Source: Vermamoeba vermiformis
Taxonomy: Eukaryota
Assembly (NCBI GenBank): GCA_045837725.1
Contig: JBEWZL010000079.1
Span: forward strand, 1-64,000
Direction: 5' to 3'
Length of the DNA stretch: 64,000 bases
The notes beneath the pieces are model-generated. The model searched no databases. It saw nothing but the letters and a program-made list of their open reading frames with translations, and was not told the DNA's origin. The number at the start of each line of letters is the position of its first letter. Within the stretch, counting starts at the first letter, position 1. This document shows positions 14,264 through 25,703 of the stretch, piece by piece. Made by a program: the position numbers and the translations under genes.

Positions 14264-15663
14264 ATGGAGCTTTGGAACAATTTAGACACGAACGGAAAGA
14301 TCGCATCTGCTGTCGCAGTGGCTGCCCCGCTTCTCTACCTTGGCAGAAAGGTATTTTCAGCGTTTACCGTGCAAATTAATGTACTAACGGTTAGTAGTAC
14401 TTTGCAGGAGGTGTAAATAAGCATCGCGCGGACTTGACAGGAAAGGTAAATTTTTAATTTGCCAAACCACATCCGGAAATTTTTAATTTAAATTGCCATA
14501 GGTTGTTTTAATTACAGGAGCAAACACCGGTATCGGACTAGAAACTGCCAAGTTTTTAGCGCAATTAAATGCTGAAGTTTACGTTAGTAAGTGTGAACCG
14601 CTGACCTTGCCAACTTGACGGTTTGATTCTAAAAGTAATCTTATATTCAGCTGTTCGAGATGACGCGAAGGGTCGCGAAACTGTGGCAAAAATTAAGGAG
14701 GCTAGCAAAAACAATGCAGTAGATTACTTCTGTGTCGAGCTGTCAAGCTTGAAGAGCATTAGAAACTTTGTCCAAGACTACAAAAAGAGAACTAACAACA
14801 AGAAGATTGATATTTTCATTCAGAACGCTGGTGTAATGGTAAGCTAAAGATGCATCGGGATCGCATTGAAAACTCAATTTCTGCCGATTAATTTCTTTGA
14901 ACAAACACTAATCGAAGAATTAATACTTATAGGCACCTCCTTTAACCAGAACGGAAGACGGATTCGAACTCCAATTCGGAGTTAATCACTTGGCGCACTT
15001 TTTGATGACGAATCTGCTTCTCAAGGACAACTTGATCAACGAAAATGGCGGCAGAGTTGTCGTTTTATCGTCGCTTGCCCATACTTACGCTCCTAAGGGT
15101 ATCCACTTTGAGGATCCAAACTTCGAGAAGGGAAGTTACAATCGATGGCACGCGTACGGCCAGAGCAAAATCGCAAACATTATGTTCGCGAAGGAGTTGA
15201 ATAAGAGAATGAAGGAACAAGGCAAGAAAATCGTCGCTGTCGCTGTGCATCCAGGTATTGGTAAGTCACTCTCAAATAACATAATAATCAAGACAAACCT
15301 CTTTAAGTTAGTGATGCTCGACTAACTTCTATATTTAGTTATGACAGATCTGCAACGTCACTTGTTGCCAGCATGGCTCGTCAAGCCAGTTTTCGCCCTC
15401 CAAGGCTACTTCTTGAAGACCCCTGTCCAAGGCGCTCAAGTAAGTACCTGAGATATTTTGTAATTTAATTTTCTTATGGATAAACTGACTCTTCGTCTGC
15501 GTAGACTACGCTCCACTGCGCTTTGTCTCCTGACATTGTCAATCAAGGCGGCGAATATTTCAGCGACTGCGCTATTAAGAAGCCCATTCCTATTGCGTCA
15601 GATAGCACACAAGCTGCTCGATTGTGGGACCTAAGTGAGAAACTTGTTGGTCTTCGCTCGTAA
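14264..15663 (+). CDS. Short-chain dehydrogenase/reductase (retinol dehydrogenase RDH11/12-like)
   Basis: ITGANTGIG, NAGVM, EDGFELQFGVNHLAHF, YGQSKIAN, VHPG motifs across exons. Confidence 0.92.
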
Positions 15664-16318
15664 ATAATAAATAGTCCAAACTTAACGAAACGCAAAAATC
15701 CGTACGTTAGATCAAATTTTCGATTTTTGAAGAACAGCACATCTTACTGATGTTGGGACAGCGTTCTTTATTTTGGTAAGTTCTTTGGTGTTGTCTTTGT
15801 AATGAGAAACGCGGATATAATTTTTGATTAGTACCTGATCGGTAATAGTTAATTCTAATCTTGTCATACCGCATTAAAAAAACCAGAAAAAACATAAAAA
15901 ATTTCTTAACACGCACCTAAATATAATTGCTTCCAAATATCATAATCAAACGGTTCTTCTTTGAGATCCGGATAATCGCCTAACTTTAATTTTCCAAAGG
16001 TTATTCATGATTGATTTGCTTATTTTTGGCCCCAAAATCACGTCATAAGCCAAAATTTTCGATGGCAATGCAATAGAACAATTTCCATCGGAGTACGGAT
16101 CTGCTCCGCACTGACTTCTTTCTACTGAGGTCTTATGTTAACTTAGAGAAGGGCCCAACTCTGTTGCCACCACATACATCTGACACTTCTCTTCATTCTG
16201 CAAAGCGTAAAAACTTGGGGACACAACTTTGGTCCGATCAGTCCGAAAGATTCTGTCAGGACGACTTAAAAGCGCAGAATATTAAGGTTGTTTTCCAATT
16301 AATTAACAACTAACAACG

Positions 16319-17764
16319 ATGTCTCTCTCGAGCATTTTGGCGCTTGTTATCTTAACGAGTCTCGCATCTGTTAGCTTTGCTCAAACCAAGCACTACGTCC
16401 TCGCATCTGCTACCGGCAACGGAAATGGAAACGATTGGACCAACGCATATCAAACACTTCCTGCTACTTTAGTTCGTGGAGACATTTACTACGTTGGCTC
16501 CGGTCAATACCCCAGTTTGACGCTAAACGATGCAGAATCTGGTTCAGAGTGGATTACTATTCAAAAAGCTACTGCCAACGACCACGGCACTGATGTTGGA
16601 TGGAGCGATGAATATGGTACTGGCAATGCAAGTTTTCCCACAATCACTGTCGCCTCGTCGTACTACAATTTCAACGGATCTGTTGGCGGCGGTCCTGGAT
16701 CGTGGTTCACGGGCCATGGTTTTGACGTCTATTCAACTGGAAATGTCGGCCAAGCCCTCGTCTTCTTCAATGCTGACGTGCATCACATAATGTTGAGTCA
16801 CACCAGTGTACATGCGGATCGAGACACGCTAACTGCTGCCATGAAACTGACCTTAGGCGGCAATCACGACATTACTGTCAGCTACTGCGCGGGCTACAGC
16901 GTGTTTGGCGTCTTCTTCCACCTCGCTAACGTCTACAACATGGTCGTAGAGTTCTCATACTTCAAAGACAACAAGAGCACAGCAGACTGGCACAGCGAAG
17001 GTATATCGTTCCTAGGCACAGTCACCAACTTGATCGTTCGTCACTGCGTCTGGTGGAAAATTGAAGGCTCGGCGTTCTTGGCAGGTGTCAACAACGGCGA
17101 CGCGTATAACTGGACTGTCCACGGCAACATCTTTTCGAACTCTTGGAGCCCTGCGCTGTATATTGCTGATGACGGAGGGTCCATGAGCGGTCTCCAATAC
17201 TACAACAACTTGATTACCAACGTCAACACTTCATCTGGTGGCATCTACATTTCAAAAGGCTCAGACAACAAAGTCTACAACAACATGTGGTATCATAACG
17301 TAGTCAACTCTTTGTCTATCTGGGCTGACGCAGACTACAACTGGTTCTACGACAACTATCGCATTGACGGTTGTGCTCCCATCTGCGACTTGAACCCTGA
17401 TGCTGTTGCTGCTGAAACGCACGGTGTCGCTGGTACTGGCAATCCGTTCGTGAATTGGGATGGCTTGGCTGATCCTACTACGAGCTCAGTTGACTTTCGT
17501 TTGAAGGAACACACCGCGCCTGGTCTCGACGTAGGCGCTCCGTTCAATGTTGACATGTTTGGCACAGAGCGATTATCAGCACAATGGGATCGTGGTGCCA
17601 CACAATTCACCGTTCCCGTGCCTGTTTCTCCCGTGTCTGCTCCTGCTTCATCACCTCAATCGATGGCACCGAAGACTCTCAGCTCACCAACCGCGAACTT
17701 ATCCAGCAATGGAGTGGCGCTTGGTGCTTCATTGTTTGGTTGGGTACTCGCTTCTCTTATGTAA
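16319..17764 (+). CDS. Intronless secreted, probably GPI-anchored, right-handed beta-helix (pectin-lyase-like) protein
   Basis: 481-aa ORF with signal peptide, Asn-rich beta-helix-like repeats, DFRL...DMFGTER...WDRGA motif, Ser/Pro linker and hydrophobic tail. Confidence 0.75.
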   Translation: MSLSSILALVILTSLASVSFAQTKHYVLASATGNGNGNDWTNAYQTLPATLVRGDIYYVGSGQYPSLTLNDAESGSEWITIQKATANDHGTDVGWSDEYGTGNASFPTITVASSYYNFNGSVGGGPGSWFTGHGFDVYSTGNVGQALVFFNADVHHIMLSHTSVHADRDTLTAAMKLTLGGNHDITVSYCAGYSVFGVFFHLANVYNMVVEFSYFKDNKSTADWHSEGISFLGTVTNLIVRHCVWWKIEGSAFLAGVNNGDAYNWTVHGNIFSNSWSPALYIADDGGSMSGLQYYNNLITNVNTSSGGIYISKGSDNKVYNNMWYHNVVNSLSIWADADYNWFYDNYRIDGCAPICDLNPDAVAAETHGVAGTGNPFVNWDGLADPTTSSVDFRLKEHTAPGLDVGAPFNVDMFGTERLSAQWDRGATQFTVPVPVSPVSAPASSPQSMAPKTLSSPTANLSSNGVALGASLFGWVLASLM

Positions 17765-18239
17765 GAATTGATAAATAAACTTCCTTATTTTAGTGCGTCG
17801 ATTTTTCTGAAGACAACGACACTCTAGTAGACTTGTCAGTATAATATTGAATTTTTTAAGTTAATGTAAGTACTAGAATCGATTAATGATCTCTTCCTAA
17901 TTCCGCGTACGCGTAAGTTAGCGGCGCAAACTTGACGGCGGGTGATTGGCTGTCGGGTGACATTTTGTGACAAGAACATCGGTTATTTTCATAGTTTGAC
18001 ATTATACCTTAACAGTGAACCACGAATGAAGAGTATCACTGTGTTCGTCTTCGTTCTTCTTGCAGCGTCAAGCAGTTGCACAACGCCACCAACATATCCC
18101 TTTTCAGCCGGCCAATGTTTTTAGATAAAAATTATACAAAAATTCAGGACCGTTGATTTTTGGTAATCGCCAGAAGAGACTGTAGTACAAAAAAAGGTAC
18201 AATTTTGTTGGGTGATGTCCATTGACAGTGCGCCACACC

Positions 18240-18700
18240 CCTGAGTAGATCCGGATCGGCCCCAGATCCGATCCACTTCCCCCAGCTCATTTCTTTGTAT
18301 TATTAATAAAAAATGATTAATCACAATACAATACTTGGTTGAGCAAGCACATGTATTCATAGGGAGGAATTTGGCCGGGCCCTAACCCATCCAAGTGTCG
18401 AAGTCACGTTGAGGTGACTGACACGACCAAAACCATGTGATTCATCAATAGAAAGGTCGCAGGCATCAAGGCGACACCCCTCCATAAAGGAGACCGTACA
18501 ACAAAAGAGTGTCCGCTACGGCAAGTGACAAGTCACTTTCTAGCCCATCCAACTCAGTGCCAGTGAGAGTGCTGTTCCGAACCAGTGGTGTTGCCGAGGC
18601 AACACGACCTCCAGACCATACTCTGACCCACATCGTCGAGAATCAGCGCGTAACTTTCTCATTGTAGCGGCGCTAAGGCTTCACCCTTAGACGCCGGATG
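18240..18700. other. Hairpin-dense non-coding tract inside the transposon (candidate structured RNA)
   Basis: At least seven closely spaced stem-loops and no long ORF. Confidence 0.45.
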
Positions 18701-18751
18701 TATTACAAACAGTATTTATTATACTACCTACAGCAAGTTTGTTAACAAATT

Positions 18752-21700
18752 CTATAGTTTAAGCTTACGACAAACGGGTTTGTGTGTGTTCTTACAAGTA
18801 CTGCACAGAAAAATTGGTCTTTTTTTGTCGGAGCTGCATTTCCAACATACTGTGCTAATTTGCTTTCGTTTACGTGGGTTGCACGTTAGGCAAAAACCAT
18901 TGACTCGTCTTTCAAAGACATCTTCGCTCTGAACTCGCACATGAGAAGAGAGACTTTTTGATTTCAGATCTTTTGCGACAATTATTCTTCGGGTTCTGAG
19001 AGATCTGTGTCTAGTTAACGGAGATGCATTTTTCTTGTTGCGTGCAGACTGCTCTTGACTAAGTTCATCCTTTAAAATTTGCAAGAAATCTCGAAATTGA
19101 TCTTCGTCATTGTTCTGAACTTTCTTATAGTAGCGATAGCACTGGTATGAATTCCAAGTGATTATATTTATAATATTTTCCCATACTACTTGTGTCCATT
19201 TTGTTAATCTGAACGGCCAATCAAACGTATGAATTTGTCTTGCCGCCTCGTCGACAAATCCTTTGGTCTTTGTGTATTCTTGGACAATAAGTGGCTTTGT
19301 ACTCTGCATTTACAACTAAATTAGTAACTTAATGACGCAAGCATAAGAAGCTTACTGCAGTCGACGGTACTCCTTGACACAGATCTGTTGCGGCTGATGA
19401 CGCTGCAATGAAATTAGATAAACACTTTGATTAATATTGAACTAACCATCGACGTAATTGGAATAGAGATTCATAATTGCATTGTTATCGCGGAAAGAGT
19501 GAGCAATAATCGGACCAGCAGTGCCTTCTTTTTCAAACGTCAAGTGTTGCCCTGGTTCTTGTAGAGGATTTTGCAAAGTACCAAATATATATGAAGGAGC
19601 ATTTTTCTTTGCCGACAACAAGAATTTAATGCCTTGTTCATCCAAAATAGTAGCCGTCTCTTCCGCACCCCATTTGCTATCTGTTATAATCACGTGGCCA
19701 GGCTTGTGATTGTTCAATTTCTCGGCTAGCTCTAACAGCTGATATTTAGGAGGCAGACATAGACCCAAGAATATATCGAAGTCCCAAATGTAGTAAGATT
19801 CATCGGCGGCCAAGTAGAGTAAGACACCGTTTGGATGTGGCTTGCTTGGAATGAATTGCTGAGTTACGTTAGTTAAAATGTATTATCTAACGATAACAAG
19901 TACTTACTCGGGCATAAAAGCGGCCCAAAAACGGCAAGATGGTTTCATCAAAGGTAATTTTTTGAGATGGAGACCAATTTTTTTGGCATCGTTGAGCTAC
20001 TTCTTGAGTAACTTTGTCAATATCAAAGTGGAAATAATGCATAATCTGTTCGAATCGATCTCGGCCCATTTTTGACGATATCCATTCGTTGCCATACAAG
20101 GGATCTTTGATAGTCCAGTAATCTCTGAGGCGACGACCTTTAACACAACGACTTGCGATCCCAATGGCAATGAATATATCAAATTCTGGCAGCGTAAGTG
20201 GTTTCCAATTTGTTCTTTGCTTTTGAAAAGTAACTTTGTCTTCTTCGGAAGGTTCAAACTCGGTACTAAAATATTCTTCCAAATGCTTTACGTTTGAAAC
20301 CCAACTTGGTACCGTTAGCAATCCTAATTGTGATCAGAATGTTTGTTTTCTCGTTAGCTTATGTAATATTTACCTTTGTATTTTTGTTGCATTTTCTCGG
20401 CCCAAAGTTTGAGCTGTGCAGTTTTGTTCAAACGCCATGTTTTTCGTTCTTGCATAACTTCAGAAAATGAAAGACTGGCATAACGGTTTATATCTTCGAC
20501 CATCTGTAAACGGGTTTGCTCTGCGGTATTCATTAATTCTGAGAATATTCAACGCTCGAATGAATGATACGTACCAGGCAAAAAGCGCGAAAAGATGCTA
20601 GTGTTGGTCATAGGCTGCTTATTGGTGGGCCCGCTATCCAACGTACAAAAGGAGGTACGAACAAAACCTTTACTTGTTTTATCTCGTATTTGCCAACCTT
20701 GATTGGATAGTGCATGCGGAGATTGGAAGTACTTATTCATTATTAATAGTGCATTTGCCCGAATGTCCGACTCGCATATCCAATTTGTTTGCACCTTCTT
20801 ATTTTTCCAATCGATGAGCCATTCCCATAGATCCTAGCCAAAATAAGACAACCATTCGATTATCTCGCATACATACATTATGGAAGCGTACTTTGTAAAT
20901 GCACTTGATTTGCTCAAGAGCTATTTTGCTTCCCGGTGCCACTTTATCCACCATAAGGAGATCGTCGGTTACAGCCTTAACAACAATATGCGAGTCTGGC
21001 AGCTGCCACTCCTTATCTATCGAAGGTGTCTGAAGCTTTGGTTGGCCTTTTTCCAATTGCTTGGGTTCTTAACGGTGCATTAGAATTAAATTAGCCGCGT
21101 TGCACTTACTTTTTTTAGGAGGAGCAATTAAGTTGTCTTCTGTTTCCAACAGGTCGCAAGCGACACTGATTTTACGTTTCCTTGTTTGCATCGTACAGGA
21201 AGCAGGAACGGCAGTCTTCAACGGAAATTGAATGCCGACTTCGGCTTGTTTAATGTAAACCACTGCACTGGCGGAGCGAACACCACCGCTTAACTGCGAA
21301 AGAATAGCAACACGCTCCTACTTGACATTTAGTCCGAGATCGCTTGTTGGAAAAAACATACCCGTGTAACTTTAGCATCATTATAATTGTTCCAATGTAA
21401 AGCACAGCGTTCGTTGACAACAACTCCATAATGTCCATTATTGCGAGTTTTTCCATCGTGCCAAATTACACCATAAAGTAGGTACAAAGTTCCTTCAAAG
21501 TGAACGGATGTTTCGATTGTCAAACGTCGAACTTGCTTGTGTTCATCGAGCTCGGAGAAACGATTGATTCGAATCAATAACAGTTTTGGGTGGTTCAACA
21601 CCTGTTTGCGTAATTGGCAATCCTTTTTATCATTAGATCGAGTACTTCGTTAACAAACATTGATAATAATTACCTTTGCTTGATATTCTACCACTTCCGG

Positions 21701-22628
21701 AGCAAAAAAATCGTCAATTCCTTGTTGAACACTCTGAACGGATGGCTTGAAGTAGATGTCGATCCCTGTACTACATTAGTTATGTGTCGCAAAAACAATA
21801 CGTACAGTTGATCTGCTCCACTCTTCCGTCGTTCACTTGGGTAGAATTTTCATCAAATATCGCCGTACTGAATTGGATAGCTAGTTCTCGCCGCGAATCT
21901 ACCAAATTTAACAAATCTTGTAACAATAGGGTAGCGTCTTGTTGTCCAGCTTGCACAATTGTTCGTACATTAGAATTGATAGCGAGAGTAGTTGCTAGTC
22001 TTTCAAACAGAACTGCAGCATCGACCGGTTGGCTTTGTTCAATGAATTTGAGTAAATACTCGTTGACTAGCATTGCAATCTCGGTAGTTGACTGTTCAAA
22101 CAGTTGCCGTAGACACGGGACCTTTGCAATAAGTACCAAGCATACGTGCAGAAAACAACGAACACTTGGGTTAACAAACCCAAATTTAAACAGCGGAGAC
22201 TATCGCAGAAAATTAGGATTACACTGCACAAGATTATTATTCTTACCTCAAATTCAAATGGATATAATTGTATCTTTCCTATCTTATGCGAAGTAAAATT
22301 GCCTCTATTTTTTGGCTGGCTGTAAATTTGTTAGCACAGAAGACAGATCGACCGTCGAATTTTCTTACTTTAAAATGTTATTAATGATCGCAATAAATTC
22401 ATCTTTTGCTATATTGCCGTGATATGCTTCGTAGACCCAGTGAATGTCGCCCATTGAGAGACCACGCTCATTTGTTTCGTGGAAGTGGATCAACGACTGC
22501 ATGACATTTGGAGAAGCTATAAAACGTTGTAGATCGGTGTCTGAAGATACGACACATTAAAAATAAATTTTTAATAGCGCAAATAACATAGCCTTACCCG
22601 AAAAGACACGAACAAGCGACATCTGCAT
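18752..22628 (-). CDS. USP deubiquitinase - chromodomain - piggyBac transposase fusion (~1,100 aa, 13 predicted introns)
   Basis: USP boxes GFVNPSVRCFLH, GQQDA, HDGKTRNNGHY, WNNYNDAKV. Chromo-like IKCIYKVRFHN/DLWEWLIDWKNKKVQTNWICESDI. Transposase TFDET, QFIPSKPHPNG, ITDSKW, GFVDE and Cys-rich tail. All GT-AG joins checked stay in frame. Confidence 0.8.
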
Positions 22629-22876
22629 CCAAAAAAAATAGTACCTTAGTATTGGCTAAAAAATGTAGTAAATTACTCTAGAACGTCCAAATTTAATTGA
22701 GATTTTCGCCGTTTAGGTAAAATAAAAAATATGAAAATTCGATGACAAATTAGGATCGGGTTCATTTACCCTACTGAAGGCCGGCAATTGGTGGTATCTT
22801 GCAACAACATAAGCATCGAACTGGTTCAAAACAGAAAATGGCGAATTACTGCAGAAAAAGCACGTGAGTATTTATT

Positions 22877-25703
22877 TCAAGGAATTCCATCGAGATCACT
22901 CAGCTGGTTGAAAGCGGCAATGAATGCATTGGGATCGAACTCAGGAACTTCAAAAAGTCCAAGCGAGCAAAGCAACACTTCATAATGGAGCTGTAGGTAC
23001 TGTAGCACCAGATCCAGTGGCTGCTCGCCAAATATTGTCGCCATAGCAAGCCCGCCTGCGTCACTTAACTCTAACTCATCCACGACACCGGCAACTCGTT
23101 GGTACAATTCGCAAACTTGGACCAGCAATGGATCTGCGAAACTCAGTGTCAACAAAGTGCATGATAAAAATGACTCCTCTTACTGATCGTTGGTACTGAA
23201 TGAGCCAAGGGGTGTTCGCGTAGGAATTTATGACGATTGAATAGCTCAAATGTGTAGAACGGCTCGACGGAGAATTCAGTGTATGCATCCAGGTTCACTC
23301 GACGAACAAACCACGTGCCTAATGAATCATTACACAAATTGACACAGTGCGAAAGTTGCTTACCGATGAATTGGAAGACATCTTCTTGATATTCAACCGC
23401 AATTTCGAGAGGAAGACAGTGATAACAATTGAGCCGCACCATGTCATTCCTTGCTGAATCTGCCCCGCGATTGACGACAAATGAGCCATCAATCATCGTG
23501 CCGCCCGCCCCACCAACTGTTATAACCCCCTCGCGCCAATTACTCCAATTATTACCAGGGAAATTTTTCCGAAGTAACATCGACGTACAACCTGGAGTGA
23601 ATTAATCCATCGCGCCGTTTAATTTGCAGAATTGGAATTACCTATTTGACTGAGGCCATTAAAGGAGGAGTCTATTGTTAAGCCACCAGTAAATTCTGCT
23701 TTGGCCAAATCGAACTTGGAATACAGCTCCCCAACCTGAGCTTTCGTTATTTTGATTGAAGTGATTAAACGTCAAGATTGTCACTTACTTTAAGATGTTT
23801 TCTCGGGCCGAAGATACATGATTTACCAACGGCACATTCATGCAACTGCTCGATGAGCAAAACTTTGCAAGACGCACAATACAACAGTTGATTGTTGTGC
23901 AAAAGCAAGTGAGCAAACGCCCAACAACCTCCGGTGGGGAAAAATATATCAATCAAAGGCTTAATAGGTTCCGTATTCCGAGCCAGTCCACTGCGCGAGA
24001 GTTTTCGTTTCTTGGCATTTGTCGAAGGCCGCAGTGCTCGCCTCCACTGCATTAGCTTTTGTTTGTTGGTTGTCCAGGTCGACAAAGAATAACCAAGAGT
24101 TGTATTTGCCTCTATAAAATAATTAGTGGAAGTACAGACCAAATATTAACAGCTTACCACAGTTGCGTTTCTCGGACTCGTAAATGTTTACATCTACATT
24201 ACGAATTGTCGCCACCCAACGTATAAATCTGGAATATACACCGACTACTCGATGTTTCAAGTATGATTGCATTCGTTTTGGTTGTAAAAGCATCATATTG
24301 TCCACGAGCGGAATGTCAACATCCCCTAAGCACAATGCATTAGAAATTAATTGTTGCGTAAACGGTAACGCACTCACGAGTCCCAGTCTGCGAACGCTCC
24401 TGCACCACAAAGCGCCACCCCGGTGGGGCATCACAGTTAGCCACCAATTCATCTGGATCTACGAAACCAGAGACCGTAAACACAACAACGTCTCTTGCAT
24501 TGCCCAAGTACTTGTCATCTAATTGATAAAATAAATACAAATGCAATAACAATAGTTTGTTGCGTACTATCAGCATGCGATCCCATGGCGGGGAATACTT
24601 CTCGGTTATTTGCCCGAGCTAGTTCTATGTCATCCTCCGATAAAGGCGGATAGGCAGTAAACATTACACAAGTTGAGTGACTGCAAAAGTAGCCAAAGTC
24701 GCGTAGTTTTCGGAATAGTAGCTGGATGCACTCGGGTGTTTGATTCGTAGAATCACGGTAGAAATTGCTTCATAGTAGTTGTTAGAATAAATAAAATTGA
24801 TATATTGAATCATACTTATAGGAGATACCGGTGCCTGTATTTCCGTACACTGCATACAGCCGTTTGGTAACTGCAGTCAACCGTTCATTGATCTTGCCCT
24901 CTGGTGAGAACAAAATGTCTTGGAACAGCGAGGATTTAAAGGATGAGTATTCAGACTCGTCAAAAAACTGGTGATAGACCAGAATATCAACGCCGAAAGC
25001 TGAGACCATTTCCGTAGCCCTGTGTCACGAGATCATTATAATTAACCCCACTGACGGTAATCTTACTTACGCAGGTAATTCAGTATGCGTACTCTCCTCA
25101 ATCAATTGTTCAAAGCAAGTAATAGGCTCGGAGTCAATAAAGGCGGTATCATTAAGGGTGTCGTAGATCGGTGAATCTAAAATTGTGACATTAGATTTAA
25201 TTGCTCAATACTATTTATCGATAAATACTTACCAATTTCAATTGGTTTTGTACAAATCAGGCTGCAGTTCCAAGTTAAAGAGTAGAACCGCTCTAAAACG
25301 CCATCTGAATTTTTCACCTTCAAATCGCCAGCAATTATCTGCTTTACGAACTCCTCAAGCTTGCCGTAGGGCATTGTAATATTGGGCTCCTCTGCTAAAA
25401 GGGTCGAGATTACCGCCCTAAAAACTAGCCGTTACTAATTAAGTTAATTTAATTAATTAAAATTTTAATTTACGCAACAAATTCCCAAAACTAATAAGAA
25501 ATAAATACGTACCTTAGAGGAATATTTTTCTTATTTTCTGGATCAATTTTGAATAAACGCCGAAAGGCTGCACCAACGATCTTGTTTTGGCTGGTGGCGG
25601 ACAAGCTAACCACCCTATAGTCATGGCGGACGCTAGACCGGTCAACAGAATTGTCCGGTCCGCATTCCACAACTCTAGTGTGCACATGTGTTGTCGCCTC
25701 CAT
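22877..25703 (-). CDS. Transposon cargo gene with an AlkB-family (ALKBH2/3-like) 2OG-Fe(II) dioxygenase domain plus uncharacterised flanking domains
   Basis: Spliced peptide YHQFFDESE...KRLYAVYGNTG..ISY...MGSHADNDKYLG...IPL...MQSYLKHRV...RWVATIR matches the HxD...H...RxxxxxR signature. Followed by AKKRKL and CASC...HEC. Confidence 0.75.

Noticed and set aside
18445-18525. Minus-strand GCCGTA...GTACGGT...GAGGGG resembling group II intron domains V/VI
   Set aside because: No clear AGC/CGC triad, AC bulge or branch A, and no RT ORF; kept only as part of the generic structured tract.
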